DNA from: an uncultured Enterobacteriaceae bacterium
GTDB taxonomy: Bacteria; Desulfobacterota; Binatia; Bin18
Assembly (NCBI GenBank): GCA_964639795.1
Contig: CAZXFE010000003.1
Coordinates: 1 to 48,938, forward strand
Direction: 5' to 3'
Length of the DNA stretch: 48,938 bases
Shown: in pieces, positions 1 to 8,437 of the stretch
How positions within the stretch are numbered: the stretch's first letter is position 1
Layout of the letters: each line of letters starts with the position of its first letter
The notes under the pieces: model-generated
What the model was told of the DNA's origin: nothing
The model's database searches: none
What the model saw: the letters and a program-made list of their open reading frames with translations, nothing else
Program-made: the position numbers and the translations under genes

Positions 1-361
1 GTAAGTAAGCAGAATGAAAGGATATTAAAAGAGTGATATAAGTCGAAAGGGCTTGAACCAGACTCCGTTACATTTTTCTTCGTAATGACCATTTTGCTGA
101 CGCTCGTCGAAGAGCAATTGTCGATCTTGAACTCTTGGACAGAGGGAGGTGATCTCCTTGCAAAAGGAATTCATCCTTGCGGGTATTCCCGATGCCGACG
201 TGGATGCAGTTGTTGAAGATTTCAAAAGCGAAAGGGTGATGGTGATAAAAGAGCGCCAAGCCGATGAGTCGTGGACGATTCGGGTGGCTCGTTAAGAAAT
301 TCTCATGAGTTGCTGGTAACGTCTCTATTCTTCAGCAGTTGAAGGGAGAGCTGATGTCAGC

Positions 362-1498
362 TTAAAACACCTGTTTCAACGCGCCAAGCAATTCCTTCAA
401 ATTTTCACACCCCAATACTGCATCACACATCGGCCTATAGAGGCTCATCACGCTATCGCCAGTATCCCAACGTTCTCTTGGCTCAGGGTTAAGCCAAATA
501 AGTTGCTTGGCATTGTCGCGGATCTGAGACAACAGGTCCGGGCGAGGAGGGCGGCGGTTGTTGCGGGCGTCGCCTAAGATAAGGACTATTGTATCACGCG
601 CTAAAGCACGCTTGCCTTCGGTCTGCCAAAAGTTCTGGAGCACCTGACCAAAGTCTGAACGCGCGTAAAGATCAAGATCGTCATGAGGGACAACATATCC
701 TTGTTCAAAGGACACTTCGCACAGGCGGTCTACATAAGCAAAGGTTCGCTCGTGCCGGAAGTAGTCGCTTGCTGGGGCAAGTAAAGCGAGCAGAAAGTCG
801 CTTACAGTTGAGACCGATCCGGATAGGTCACACAGCGCAACGAGGGCGGGTTTACCCGGCCGACGGCCACGCATGCGTAGATCAACCAGAGCACCGCCAT
901 GAGAAATAGACGCGCGAATAGTCCGCCGAAAGTCGAGCCGTCCACGCTTGGTACGACGCTGGCGGCGGCTGAGATGGCCTCGAAAACGGCGAGACAGGTC
1001 CTCAACCAACTCTTTTGCTTCCTCAACATCGCGAGAGTCGAATAGGTTGAGTGATTTGTGTAAAAGCACCTTTCGTTTGGCGAGCCGAGCTTTTTCCTGT
1101 TTCTGTTCCTTCTTCTGGTCGGACTTGGATTCTTGAGGTTGTACAGACTGAGGCGAGAAAGGCTTCTTTTCGGATTCATCTTGCGGACGCTCACTTGGTC
1201 GAGCGTGCTCGCGCTGGGGTGTCTTTGTTGTGCGCTGACCTATTCCCTCGCCAGAGTGTGGCAGTGGCTTTTTCTTGTCCTTTCTTGTGGGCCCGGCAAA
1301 GAAGCGCTCAAAGACTTCATCAAAGGCGAAACGATCCTCTTCCTCCTTCACGACGCAGGTTGCCAACGCTTCACGCAGGACCTCCCGCTCAATTCCGGTT
1401 GCTGCAATCGCTTGTACGGCATCCGTGCTTTCGCTCAATGAGATACGAATGCCCACGGTGCGGAGTTCGTTGATGAAATTAAGAGTAGTAGAGCGCAT
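362..1498 (-). CDS. VWA domain-containing CoxE-like protein
   Basis: 378-aa ORF with ATG at 1498. It has an N-terminal helical region, a long Lys/Glu/Gln-rich low-complexity linker, and a C-terminal VWA-like domain with MIDAS-type CDLSGSVS (D-x-S-x-S). Confidence 0.75.
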   Translation of the reverse strand: MRSTTLNFINELRTVGIRISLSESTDAVQAIAATGIEREVLREALATCVVKEEEDRFAFDEVFERFFAGPTRKDKKKPLPHSGEGIGQRTTKTPQREHARPSERPQDESEKKPFSPQSVQPQESKSDQKKEQKQEKARLAKRKVLLHKSLNLFDSRDVEEAKELVEDLSRRFRGHLSRRQRRTKRGRLDFRRTIRASISHGGALVDLRMRGRRPGKPALVALCDLSGSVSTVSDFLLALLAPASDYFRHERTFAYVDRLCEVSFEQGYVVPHDDLDLYARSDFGQVLQNFWQTEGKRALARDTIVLILGDARNNRRPPRPDLLSQIRDNAKQLIWLNPEPRERWDTGDSVMSLYRPMCDAVLGCENLKELLGALKQVF

Positions 1499-1571
1499 GA
1501 AGACAAGGACTGGGTGCTAGGGGTTGGCGGATGGGAAGCCGGTGGAGTTTTTCTTAGCGCTAATCCCTCTT

Positions 1572-2348
1572 CTAAATCTGCGGCTTTCTCTCATCACGAT
1601 AGATGCGCATGGCCTCTGCAAAATCCTTCTCCTCCAGCGCAGCCGAACGGGCGCGAGAGATCTCTGCCGGCCAGGCGTCTTGTTCAAGTGTCCCTGAGCG
1701 ATGGAGTAAATGTTTCGCGACTACCGCCGCTTTGCCGCCAACTTTGAGGCAACGCTCGACCAGCTGCTGAGTTTCTTCTTGCAAATTTTCTGTTTCGACA
1801 ACCTTAGTTAGCAGACCCCAGTGCTCGGCTTGAGACGCATCAAAACGTTCGCCCAAGATGAGAATCTCTTTTGCCTTGGCCAGACCAATAAGCTGCGCCA
1901 GCCGATAACTCTGGCTGGTATCGGGTGGTGAGCCATACAACACCTGAGGGAGGGAGAAAAAGGCGGTATTGGCCGCAATCCGAAAATCGCAGGCAAGGAC
2001 TAACTCACACCCCGCTCCAAGGCAAGCTCCGTGAATAGACGCAATCGTTAGCGCATTAAGCTGTTCAAGCATATCCAAGGCGCGTTGCCACGGAGCCCAG
2101 GCAGTGTGGATTGCTTCGTTCGTAGAAGGACGCTGGGCGGCAGCCTTGAGGTCCATGCCGGCACAAAAAGCTCGCCCTTCACCTTTGAGGACAACAACCT
2201 GAAGCACTCCGTCGGCGCATAATGTCTGACACGCCTCTTCGAGGTCCGCGATGAGTTGGTCGTTGACTGCGTTGAGCGATGCTGAACGATCCAGGGTCAG
2301 AAAGGCAACGTTGTCTGTTTTCTCAATATACAGGCTATCCCATTCCAT
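1572..2348 (-). CDS. enoyl-CoA hydratase/isomerase (crotonase) family protein
   Basis: I trimmed the ORF-track frame to the ATG at 2348 (MEWDSLYIEKTDNVAFLTLDR), which follows a GGAG. Crotonase signatures are present: AFLTLDRSASLNAVN and LKGEGRAFCAGMDLK. Confidence 0.85.
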   Translation of the reverse strand: MEWDSLYIEKTDNVAFLTLDRSASLNAVNDQLIADLEEACQTLCADGVLQVVVLKGEGRAFCAGMDLKAAAQRPSTNEAIHTAWAPWQRALDMLEQLNALTIASIHGACLGAGCELVLACDFRIAANTAFFSLPQVLYGSPPDTSQSYRLAQLIGLAKAKEILILGERFDASQAEHWGLLTKVVETENLQEETQQLVERCLKVGGKAAVVAKHLLHRSGTLEQDAWPAEISRARSAALEEKDFAEAMRIYRDERKPQI

Positions 2349-2494
2349 GTTCGTCTCCCCATTGGTGCGAATGATGCACTCATGGTCGGGCTGAATACAT
2401 GCGGCTTCTCTTTCCTCCGTAGCATAAACAAACTGCCCTGACTTTGACACCAGCTTCAGATATATAGATCCACTAAGGAGTGAGAACCGCAAAC

Positions 2495-3487
2495 ATGGCA
2501 AGATACATACTGGAGCAACTGCTCGAGAGAATGTCAGCCGGCGATATGGCTGCGCTGGCCCGCTTGATGACTCTTGTTGAACGAGAAGGGGATGTGGTTG
2601 GACGTATTCTAGAGGCTATAGGCTCACAGCAGGGCCGGGCGTTTACCATCGGGGTTACCGGACCACCAGGAGCGGGAAAATCGAGCTTAGCCGATGGATT
2701 AACCACCCTTATGCGAAAAGCAGGGAAAAGCGTTGGGATTGTAGCCATAGATCCTTCCAGCCCGTTTTCGGGTGGAGCCCTGCTTGGTGATCGGATTCGG
2801 ATGAGCAAGCATTATCTGGATAAAGGCGTCTTCATCCGGAGTATGGCCACACGCGGCAGTCATGGCGGACTGGCGCGGGCGACCAAGGACGTTATTAAGC
2901 TGTTCGATGCGGCTGGCTATGACTACATTATGGTTGAAACCGTCGGTGTTGGGCAGACCGAGCTGGATGTCATGGGCACGACCGACACTGTACTCGTAAC
3001 GCTCGTGCCTGAGGCGGGCGACGGCGTGCAAGTCATGAAAGCTGGCCTGATGGAGATCGCGGATATCTTTGCTGTCAATAAGGCCGACCGTGACGGCTCT
3101 CAGCGCATGATGACTGAGCTGAGTCTCATGCTGGAGCTGAAATACAGCAGTAAACCGGCAGCTGAGACAACGAACTCACAATGGAAGATTCCTGTTCTTG
3201 CCACCCAAGCTATTAATGGAACGGGTTTGCCTGAGCTGTTTCAATCCATCCTGGATCATCATCAGTCGTCGCGCGAATTCGGCGAGCTTGAGCGTCGTCG
3301 GGCAGCGCGTCGACGCGAGGAGTTGATCTCGCGGGTTGAATATGAAGTACGTAAACGTTTGATTGCCAAGGCGCAGACTGACCCTGAGCTCTCCCGGTTC
3401 TTTGATGAAGTCGGGGCCGGTAAGCTTGATCCCCATTCTGCGTCAAATAAAATTTTGGAAAGCTCCGTCCTCAGAGATGGGGTCTAG
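2495..3487 (+). CDS. meaB: MeaB/ArgK-type G3E GTPase (methylmalonyl-CoA mutase-associated chaperone family)
   Basis: P-loop GVTGPPGAGKSS, switch VETVGVGQ and NKAD are present. I prefer the ATG at 2495 because the GTG at 2480 abuts the AAGGAG Shine-Dalgarno sequence. Confidence 0.85.
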   Translation: MARYILEQLLERMSAGDMAALARLMTLVEREGDVVGRILEAIGSQQGRAFTIGVTGPPGAGKSSLADGLTTLMRKAGKSVGIVAIDPSSPFSGGALLGDRIRMSKHYLDKGVFIRSMATRGSHGGLARATKDVIKLFDAAGYDYIMVETVGVGQTELDVMGTTDTVLVTLVPEAGDGVQVMKAGLMEIADIFAVNKADRDGSQRMMTELSLMLELKYSSKPAAETTNSQWKIPVLATQAINGTGLPELFQSILDHHQSSREFGELERRRAARRREELISRVEYEVRKRLIAKAQTDPELSRFFDEVGAGKLDPHSASNKILESSVLRDGV

Positions 3488-3527
3488 CGGAGCGAAAAAG
3501 CGAGGACGCAAAAAAAAGGAGGGCATT

Positions 3528-4622
3528 ATGAAAGCCGCAGTATTGTACGAACTGGATACTCCGCTCAAAGTTGAAGATGTTGATCTTGATGGGCCAAAGT
3601 CGAGAGAAGTGCGGGTCAAGATTGCTGCGAATGGCGTGTGTCATAGTGACTATTCGGTCGTTCACGGGGTCCTCCGCTCTCGACTGCCGGTCGTGCTTGG
3701 GCATGAAGGCGCTGGCATAGTTGAGGAGATTGGTCCGGACGTGGATTTGGTCAAACCGGGTGACCATGTCGTGCTGTCGTTCGCTCCATACTGTGGTCAT
3801 TGCTATTACTGCGCAATTGGGCGACCCGTGCTGTGCGTGAATATGCGGCTGACGATGGGGAAAGGGACGCTGCTCGACGGCACGTGTAGGCTTAAGAAAG
3901 ACGGCAAAGAAATTCACCACATGGCAGGGTTGTCGAGTTTCGCCCAATACGCCGTCGTGCCTGAGGTCTCCTGCATCAAAATTCCGGATGACGTTCCTCT
4001 CGATAAGGCCTGTCTGGTGGGCTGTGGTGTGATGACTGGGGTTGGTGCCGCGATTAACACGGCCAAGGTTGAACCAGGCAGTAGTACGGTTGTCATCGGC
4101 TGCGGGGGTGTGGGCCTGAACGTGATCCAGGGCTGTGCCTTGGCCGGAGCAGGAACGATCATCGCTGTGGATCTGATGGACAATAAGCTCGAGTATGCCA
4201 AAGAGTTTGGCGCGACCCATACCATCAACCCGAGTCGCGAGGAAGTAGTGAAAGTCGTCCGCAGCCTGACTGAGAAGCGGGGTGCCGATTATGCCTTTGA
4301 GGTCATCGGCTTGGGGAAAACGATTGAGCAGGCGTATGCCTGCTCCCGTCAAGGTGGCACCACCATCGTGGTCGGTGCGCCATCGCGGGAAGATACGGTG
4401 ACGATTCCTGCTTCGAGTCTACTTACCGAAAAGATCATCAAAGGGTCTGTGTACGGATCTTGCCGCCCTCAGGTTGATATACCACGACTGGTCCAGCTGT
4501 ATATGAACAAAAAACTCAAGATAGACGAACTCGTCACCCGGACCTATGCACTCGACGAAGTCAACGACGCACTGACCGCCTTGGAGAAAGGTGAAGTCGC
4601 CCGGAGTGTGGTGGTTATGTAA
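3528..4622 (+). CDS. zinc-dependent alcohol dehydrogenase (MDR family)
   Basis: The ATG at 3528 follows AAGGAGGG. Motifs include GVCHSD, GHEGAGIV, a structural-Zn Cys cluster (CGHCYYC) and the Rossmann motif GCGGVGLN. Confidence 0.85.
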   Translation: MKAAVLYELDTPLKVEDVDLDGPKSREVRVKIAANGVCHSDYSVVHGVLRSRLPVVLGHEGAGIVEEIGPDVDLVKPGDHVVLSFAPYCGHCYYCAIGRPVLCVNMRLTMGKGTLLDGTCRLKKDGKEIHHMAGLSSFAQYAVVPEVSCIKIPDDVPLDKACLVGCGVMTGVGAAINTAKVEPGSSTVVIGCGGVGLNVIQGCALAGAGTIIAVDLMDNKLEYAKEFGATHTINPSREEVVKVVRSLTEKRGADYAFEVIGLGKTIEQAYACSRQGGTTIVVGAPSREDTVTIPASSLLTEKIIKGSVYGSCRPQVDIPRLVQLYMNKKLKIDELVTRTYALDEVNDALTALEKGEVARSVVVM

Positions 4623-4751
4623 AGCCGGCCGGGGGAAAATATTACACCATCGAAACCGTCTCCGAAGCCATTTCATTTGTACAGTCAATGTTATCGAGGT
4701 AGGTTCAACCCAGCAAAGCGTACGGTTGTCGACCAAAAAGGGAGGTGTCGC

Positions 4752-6194
4752 ATGCCCGTCCAGAAATTCGAACCGATGTCCAAGGACTTCGCAACCTTTG
4801 ACTGTGACGCCCATGTCACTGAGCCGCCTTGGATATGGGAGCGGGCCAAGGACTGGCTGACTAAGGATGAACTCGAAGCCTTGAAGACTACTATGTGGTT
4901 TGACGCTGAGACCGAGCAGCTCATTGTCAACGGCCATGCTGGTGCAGGTCTCGGCTCTCAGCGGATCGGCGGGACGCCCGGCCTGGTGAATATTCTCTCC
5001 CTGGCTGGGCCGGGTCTCAAGCATAACATCCAACGCGCCCTCAACGTCCGTAACCTCAACCCTAAAACCGCCATTTCCCAGGAGCAGGCGAACTATTTGG
5101 ACCACAAGGGCTCTTACGAGCCCCAGGCCCGCCTGCGCGACATGGACACCCAGGGTATAGATCAAGTCATGATCATCCCCACTGATATCGATACCTATCC
5201 GTGGCTGCGGAACGCGGTAGGTGCTAGGGCCATGTGTAAGGCCTACAACGAATGGGCGTATGACTACTGTCAGGCAGACCCCAAACGGATTTTCTTCGCG
5301 GCTCTGCTGCCCATGCAAGATCCTGTCTTCGCCACCCAAGAACTGTATCGTGTCGCGGCTAAGGGCTGCCGCGTGGGCCTTGTCCGTCCGATCGACGCGA
5401 TGGGCAACTATCCGATTCAGCCTAAGTATGAGCCGCTGTGGCAGGCCATGGAGGAGACAGGCGTCATCTATGGCATGCACCCTTTCCCGGCGTTCGGTGC
5501 GCTCAAGCCTCCCGGTTACACGGCACAGTACTCCAGTGCGGAACTGGTGGCCCGGACAGTGAGTACTGCAGGCATGCCGCACCAATTCCTCACCAATGTC
5601 CAAAACTTCCAGGCTGAAGCGGCCCTGTGGGTGGCGCTGGTGTTGATGTCGGGTTTCTTCGAGAAATATCCAAAGCTCAACGCCGCCGTTTTTGAGGCCT
5701 CCTCGACCTGGCTGAGTTTTCTGTTGGATGAGTGTGACAAGATCTACAAGCTGTACCGGAACGAACGTCAGCTCCCCTCGTTAAAACGTTTGCCGAGCGA
5801 GACCTTCTTCGAGCACTGTCTCACCGGCTTTGAAGGTGATGAGGCCCCGCCGTCGCGCTTGCCTAAGTTCTACGGAGACATCCTCGCCTGGTCTTCAGAT
5901 GTCTATCACCACGACGGTGACGATGTGTGGCGCGCCATTGAGACTATGCGCCAAAACGCGCTACCAGAGTCCTATCAGACTAAGTTCCTCGGCGAGAACG
6001 CGCGCAAACTGTATCATATCGAGACCCCTGACAAGTTCATCCGCGAGCGGGTAACTGAGATTGAGCGGCCGGACTGGTGGCCCACGGATAAAGAGATTGA
6101 ACGGGCGCTTGAGCCGGAGGCTTCCGTCGTCCGCACCTACGGTGAAGGCGGTCACCGCGTGAATGGCCACGCACTCGGGCGAGACAGGGTATGA
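4752..6194 (+). CDS. amidohydrolase-2 family protein (ACMSD/LigW-like metal-dependent hydrolase/decarboxylase superfamily)
   Basis: The ATG at 4752 follows GGGAGG. The N-terminus reads FDCDAHVTEP and the C-terminal region reads WSSDVYHHDGDD. It is a paralog of the next gene. Confidence 0.75.
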   Translation: MPVQKFEPMSKDFATFDCDAHVTEPPWIWERAKDWLTKDELEALKTTMWFDAETEQLIVNGHAGAGLGSQRIGGTPGLVNILSLAGPGLKHNIQRALNVRNLNPKTAISQEQANYLDHKGSYEPQARLRDMDTQGIDQVMIIPTDIDTYPWLRNAVGARAMCKAYNEWAYDYCQADPKRIFFAALLPMQDPVFATQELYRVAAKGCRVGLVRPIDAMGNYPIQPKYEPLWQAMEETGVIYGMHPFPAFGALKPPGYTAQYSSAELVARTVSTAGMPHQFLTNVQNFQAEAALWVALVLMSGFFEKYPKLNAAVFEASSTWLSFLLDECDKIYKLYRNERQLPSLKRLPSETFFEHCLTGFEGDEAPPSRLPKFYGDILAWSSDVYHHDGDDVWRAIETMRQNALPESYQTKFLGENARKLYHIETPDKFIRERVTEIERPDWWPTDKEIERALEPEASVVRTYGEGGHRVNGHALGRDRV

Positions 6195-7486
6195 CGGCCA
6201 CAAAGCACTTCGCGGTCTTTGATACGGACACCCACGTGGTCGAGCCGCACGAGGTTTGGGACGTGTATTTGGAGCCGGAATACCGCACGCTGGGTAGAAC
6301 AGCGCTGTGGCGGGAAGATGGGAAGTTCGGCTCCTACCTCAAGGTCAACGGCAAAATGTTCCGGGACACGATGAATACCAATATCCCCCGGCACGCCATA
6401 TGGAGGCCAGGCATGTCCTGGGATCAGGTTGGTGAATTGGACCCGAATACGCCCCATGCGATGAATGCGGGTGCTTCCGACCCGCAAGCCCGGCTGCGGG
6501 ATATGGATGCTATGGGGGTAGATCTCGCCTTCCTGTACCCCACCTGGTTTGCTGAAGGTTTTCATCTGATCGAAGACCCGGATGTAGCCTATGCTCTCGC
6601 CCGCGCCTACAACAACTGGATGGTCGATTTCTGTCAGGCGGACCCGGCGCGGTTGGTGGCCGCCGCAATGATACCGCTACAGCATATGGATTATGCCCTG
6701 GAAGAGTTGCGTAGGATCTCTAAGATCGCGTGCTTCCGTGGTGCTTTTCTGCGGCCTATGTTTATCGAAGGACGCTACTTCACCCACCCCTATTACGACC
6801 CGCTGTGGGCTGGGCTGGAGAGCTTGGACGTGGCAGCTGTTGTGCATCCCACGCCGGGATTGTGGAACCAGGAATGGACCTCTCACGGACCATTCATGGA
6901 GAAAATAAAGGGTCGGCTCAATCAACACGCGCTCGTCAGTGATGCTGGCGGTGGTCCTACTGCTGGCGGTGGTAATGGCACTTCAAATTTTTCCTTCTTT
7001 GCCTCACCACCGGTAGGCCACCCGATAGCACCGATCCTGTCCAACTGGTTGGACAATCACATGTTCGTGGCCTCCACGTTAATCGGCTTTACTGTAATGC
7101 AACGCTATCCACACATGAAGGTCGTAGTGGCACATGGAAAGGCGTCGTGGATGGAGGAGGTGTTGGAGAAGATGGAGGCTTCCATACGGACCATTCCACT
7201 CCTGAACTACTACCCGGTGCGGACGGATGTGGAAGAGATGTGGGCAGAAGGCCGCATAATGCTGGGATTTGACGCTGAGGAGCGGATGATCCAGCAGCTA
7301 CCAGACGACTTTGCGGAAAAGATCGTCTGGGGCTCGCGCTATCCGCACCACGACACTACCAGCGCCTGGGACGCGATCGAAACCCTCACTCAAGCGGATG
7401 TGGCTGAACCGACGATCGCCCGTATGTTGGGTGGGAATGCGGCTGAGCAGTTTGGCGTGGAACTGGTGCAGAAGATCGGTGCCTAA
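6191..7486 (+). CDS. amidohydrolase-2 family protein, paralog
   Basis: It forms an ATGA overlap with the upstream stop (6191-6194). The N-terminus reads FDTDTHVVEP and a later segment reads WGSRYPHHDTTS. It shares blocks such as DPQARLRDMD and FCQADP with the upstream paralog. Confidence 0.75.
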   Translation: MTATKHFAVFDTDTHVVEPHEVWDVYLEPEYRTLGRTALWREDGKFGSYLKVNGKMFRDTMNTNIPRHAIWRPGMSWDQVGELDPNTPHAMNAGASDPQARLRDMDAMGVDLAFLYPTWFAEGFHLIEDPDVAYALARAYNNWMVDFCQADPARLVAAAMIPLQHMDYALEELRRISKIACFRGAFLRPMFIEGRYFTHPYYDPLWAGLESLDVAAVVHPTPGLWNQEWTSHGPFMEKIKGRLNQHALVSDAGGGPTAGGGNGTSNFSFFASPPVGHPIAPILSNWLDNHMFVASTLIGFTVMQRYPHMKVVVAHGKASWMEEVLEKMEASIRTIPLLNYYPVRTDVEEMWAEGRIMLGFDAEERMIQQLPDDFAEKIVWGSRYPHHDTTSAWDAIETLTQADVAEPTIARMLGGNAAEQFGVELVQKIGA

Positions 7487-7507
7487 AAATTAAAAAAAGG
7501 CAAGCGG

Positions 7508-8437
7508 TCAGCCGCGTGGATGGTATTTGCGGTGCACCTCACGCAGACGTTCACTCGTCAGGTGGGTGTAAATTTGTGTGGTAGCAATATCAACGTGGCC
7601 GAGCATGGATTGTACGGCCCGCAGGTCGGCTCCCCCTTCTAGAAGATGGGTCGCAAACGCATGTCGCAAGGCATGCGGATTGAGCGATACTCCTTCGGGA
7701 CTTTGTTTGGCGCAATGTTTGATAATGAGCCAGAAAGCCTGACGGGTGAGTGGTTTTCCTGACCGAGTCAGGAAAAAGTAGGAGCTTGAGCGGTCTTTGA
7801 GAAGTATGGGCCGTATGGTAGCCAAGTAGTGCTGGAGTTGTGCGAGTGCACAAGAGCCGACTGGAACAACGCGTTCTCTATCGCCTTTGCCACGCACGCG
7901 GACAAACCCGGCCTCCAAGTTAACTTGAGACATTTCGAGTCGGACCAGCTCGGAGACGCGTAGACCAGTGGCATACAGAACCTCAAGCATGGTTTGGTTT
8001 CGCATGCCCAACGGCGTATTGGCATCCGGGACCTTAATAAGGGCTCCAACTTGTTCCTGGGATGGAACTTTTGGTAGAGGCCGGCCATACTTCGGCAGAT
8101 GGAGCAAAGCGGTCGGGTTTTTGCCAGGTAGTTCGTTTTCTCGTTGCAGGAAACGGTACAATCCTCTGAGAGCGGACAAGACGCGGGCCTGAGTACGCGT
8201 GGAAATCCCGTGTTCACGGAGGGTGCTGAGAAAGCCGACCAAATGGCGAGAACCCGCTTCTCTTAGGCCGAAGACTTTCTGTGCAGACAAGTAGTGGCAG
8301 AAGCGGTGCAAATCGCGGCTATAGATATCCACCGTGCGAGGCGTAAGCCCCTTTTCCACTGTCAAATAAGATAGAAAAGCATCAAGGAGGGTCTCACTCT
8401 GGTAGGCACCCTGGTTTGAGGCAGCCGTGTGGATCAT
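7508..8437 (-). CDS. xerD: site-specific tyrosine recombinase XerD/XerC
   Basis: The N-terminal SAM-like domain reads LSYLTVEKGLTPRTVDIYSRDL. The C-terminal catalytic region reads HALRHAFATHLLEGGADLRAVQSMLGHVDIATTQIYTHL (R-H-R-Y). Assigning it to XerD rather than XerC is tentative. Confidence 0.8.
   Translation of the reverse strand: MIHTAASNQGAYQSETLLDAFLSYLTVEKGLTPRTVDIYSRDLHRFCHYLSAQKVFGLREAGSRHLVGFLSTLREHGISTRTQARVLSALRGLYRFLQRENELPGKNPTALLHLPKYGRPLPKVPSQEQVGALIKVPDANTPLGMRNQTMLEVLYATGLRVSELVRLEMSQVNLEAGFVRVRGKGDRERVVPVGSCALAQLQHYLATIRPILLKDRSSSYFFLTRSGKPLTRQAFWLIIKHCAKQSPEGVSLNPHALRHAFATHLLEGGADLRAVQSMLGHVDIATTQIYTHLTSERLREVHRKYHPRG

Noticed and set aside
158-295. 45-codon plus-strand ORF (TTG start 8 nt after GGAGG; …EFILAGIPDADVDAVVEDFKSERVMVIKERQADESWTIRVAR)
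   Set aside because: It reads like protein and has a plausible Shine-Dalgarno sequence. However, it is short, uses TTG, has no family I recognise, and lies at the window edge. That is not enough support to list it as a gene.
3471-4352. 293-aa minus-strand ORF
   Set aside because: It is an antisense shadow of the Zn-ADH gene. The same reasoning applies to other long antisense frames, such as 11494-12009, 13286-13756, 14660-15202, 26904-27416 and 29582-30088.
4419-5603. 394-aa ORF on the minus strand, the second longest 'extra' ORF in the track
   Set aside because: It lies entirely antisense to the ADH 3' end and the first amidohydrolase gene. Its composition is Arg/Gly/Val/His-rich and shadow-like, with no recognisable motif and no Shine-Dalgarno sequence. 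The sense-strand genes have clear family signatures.
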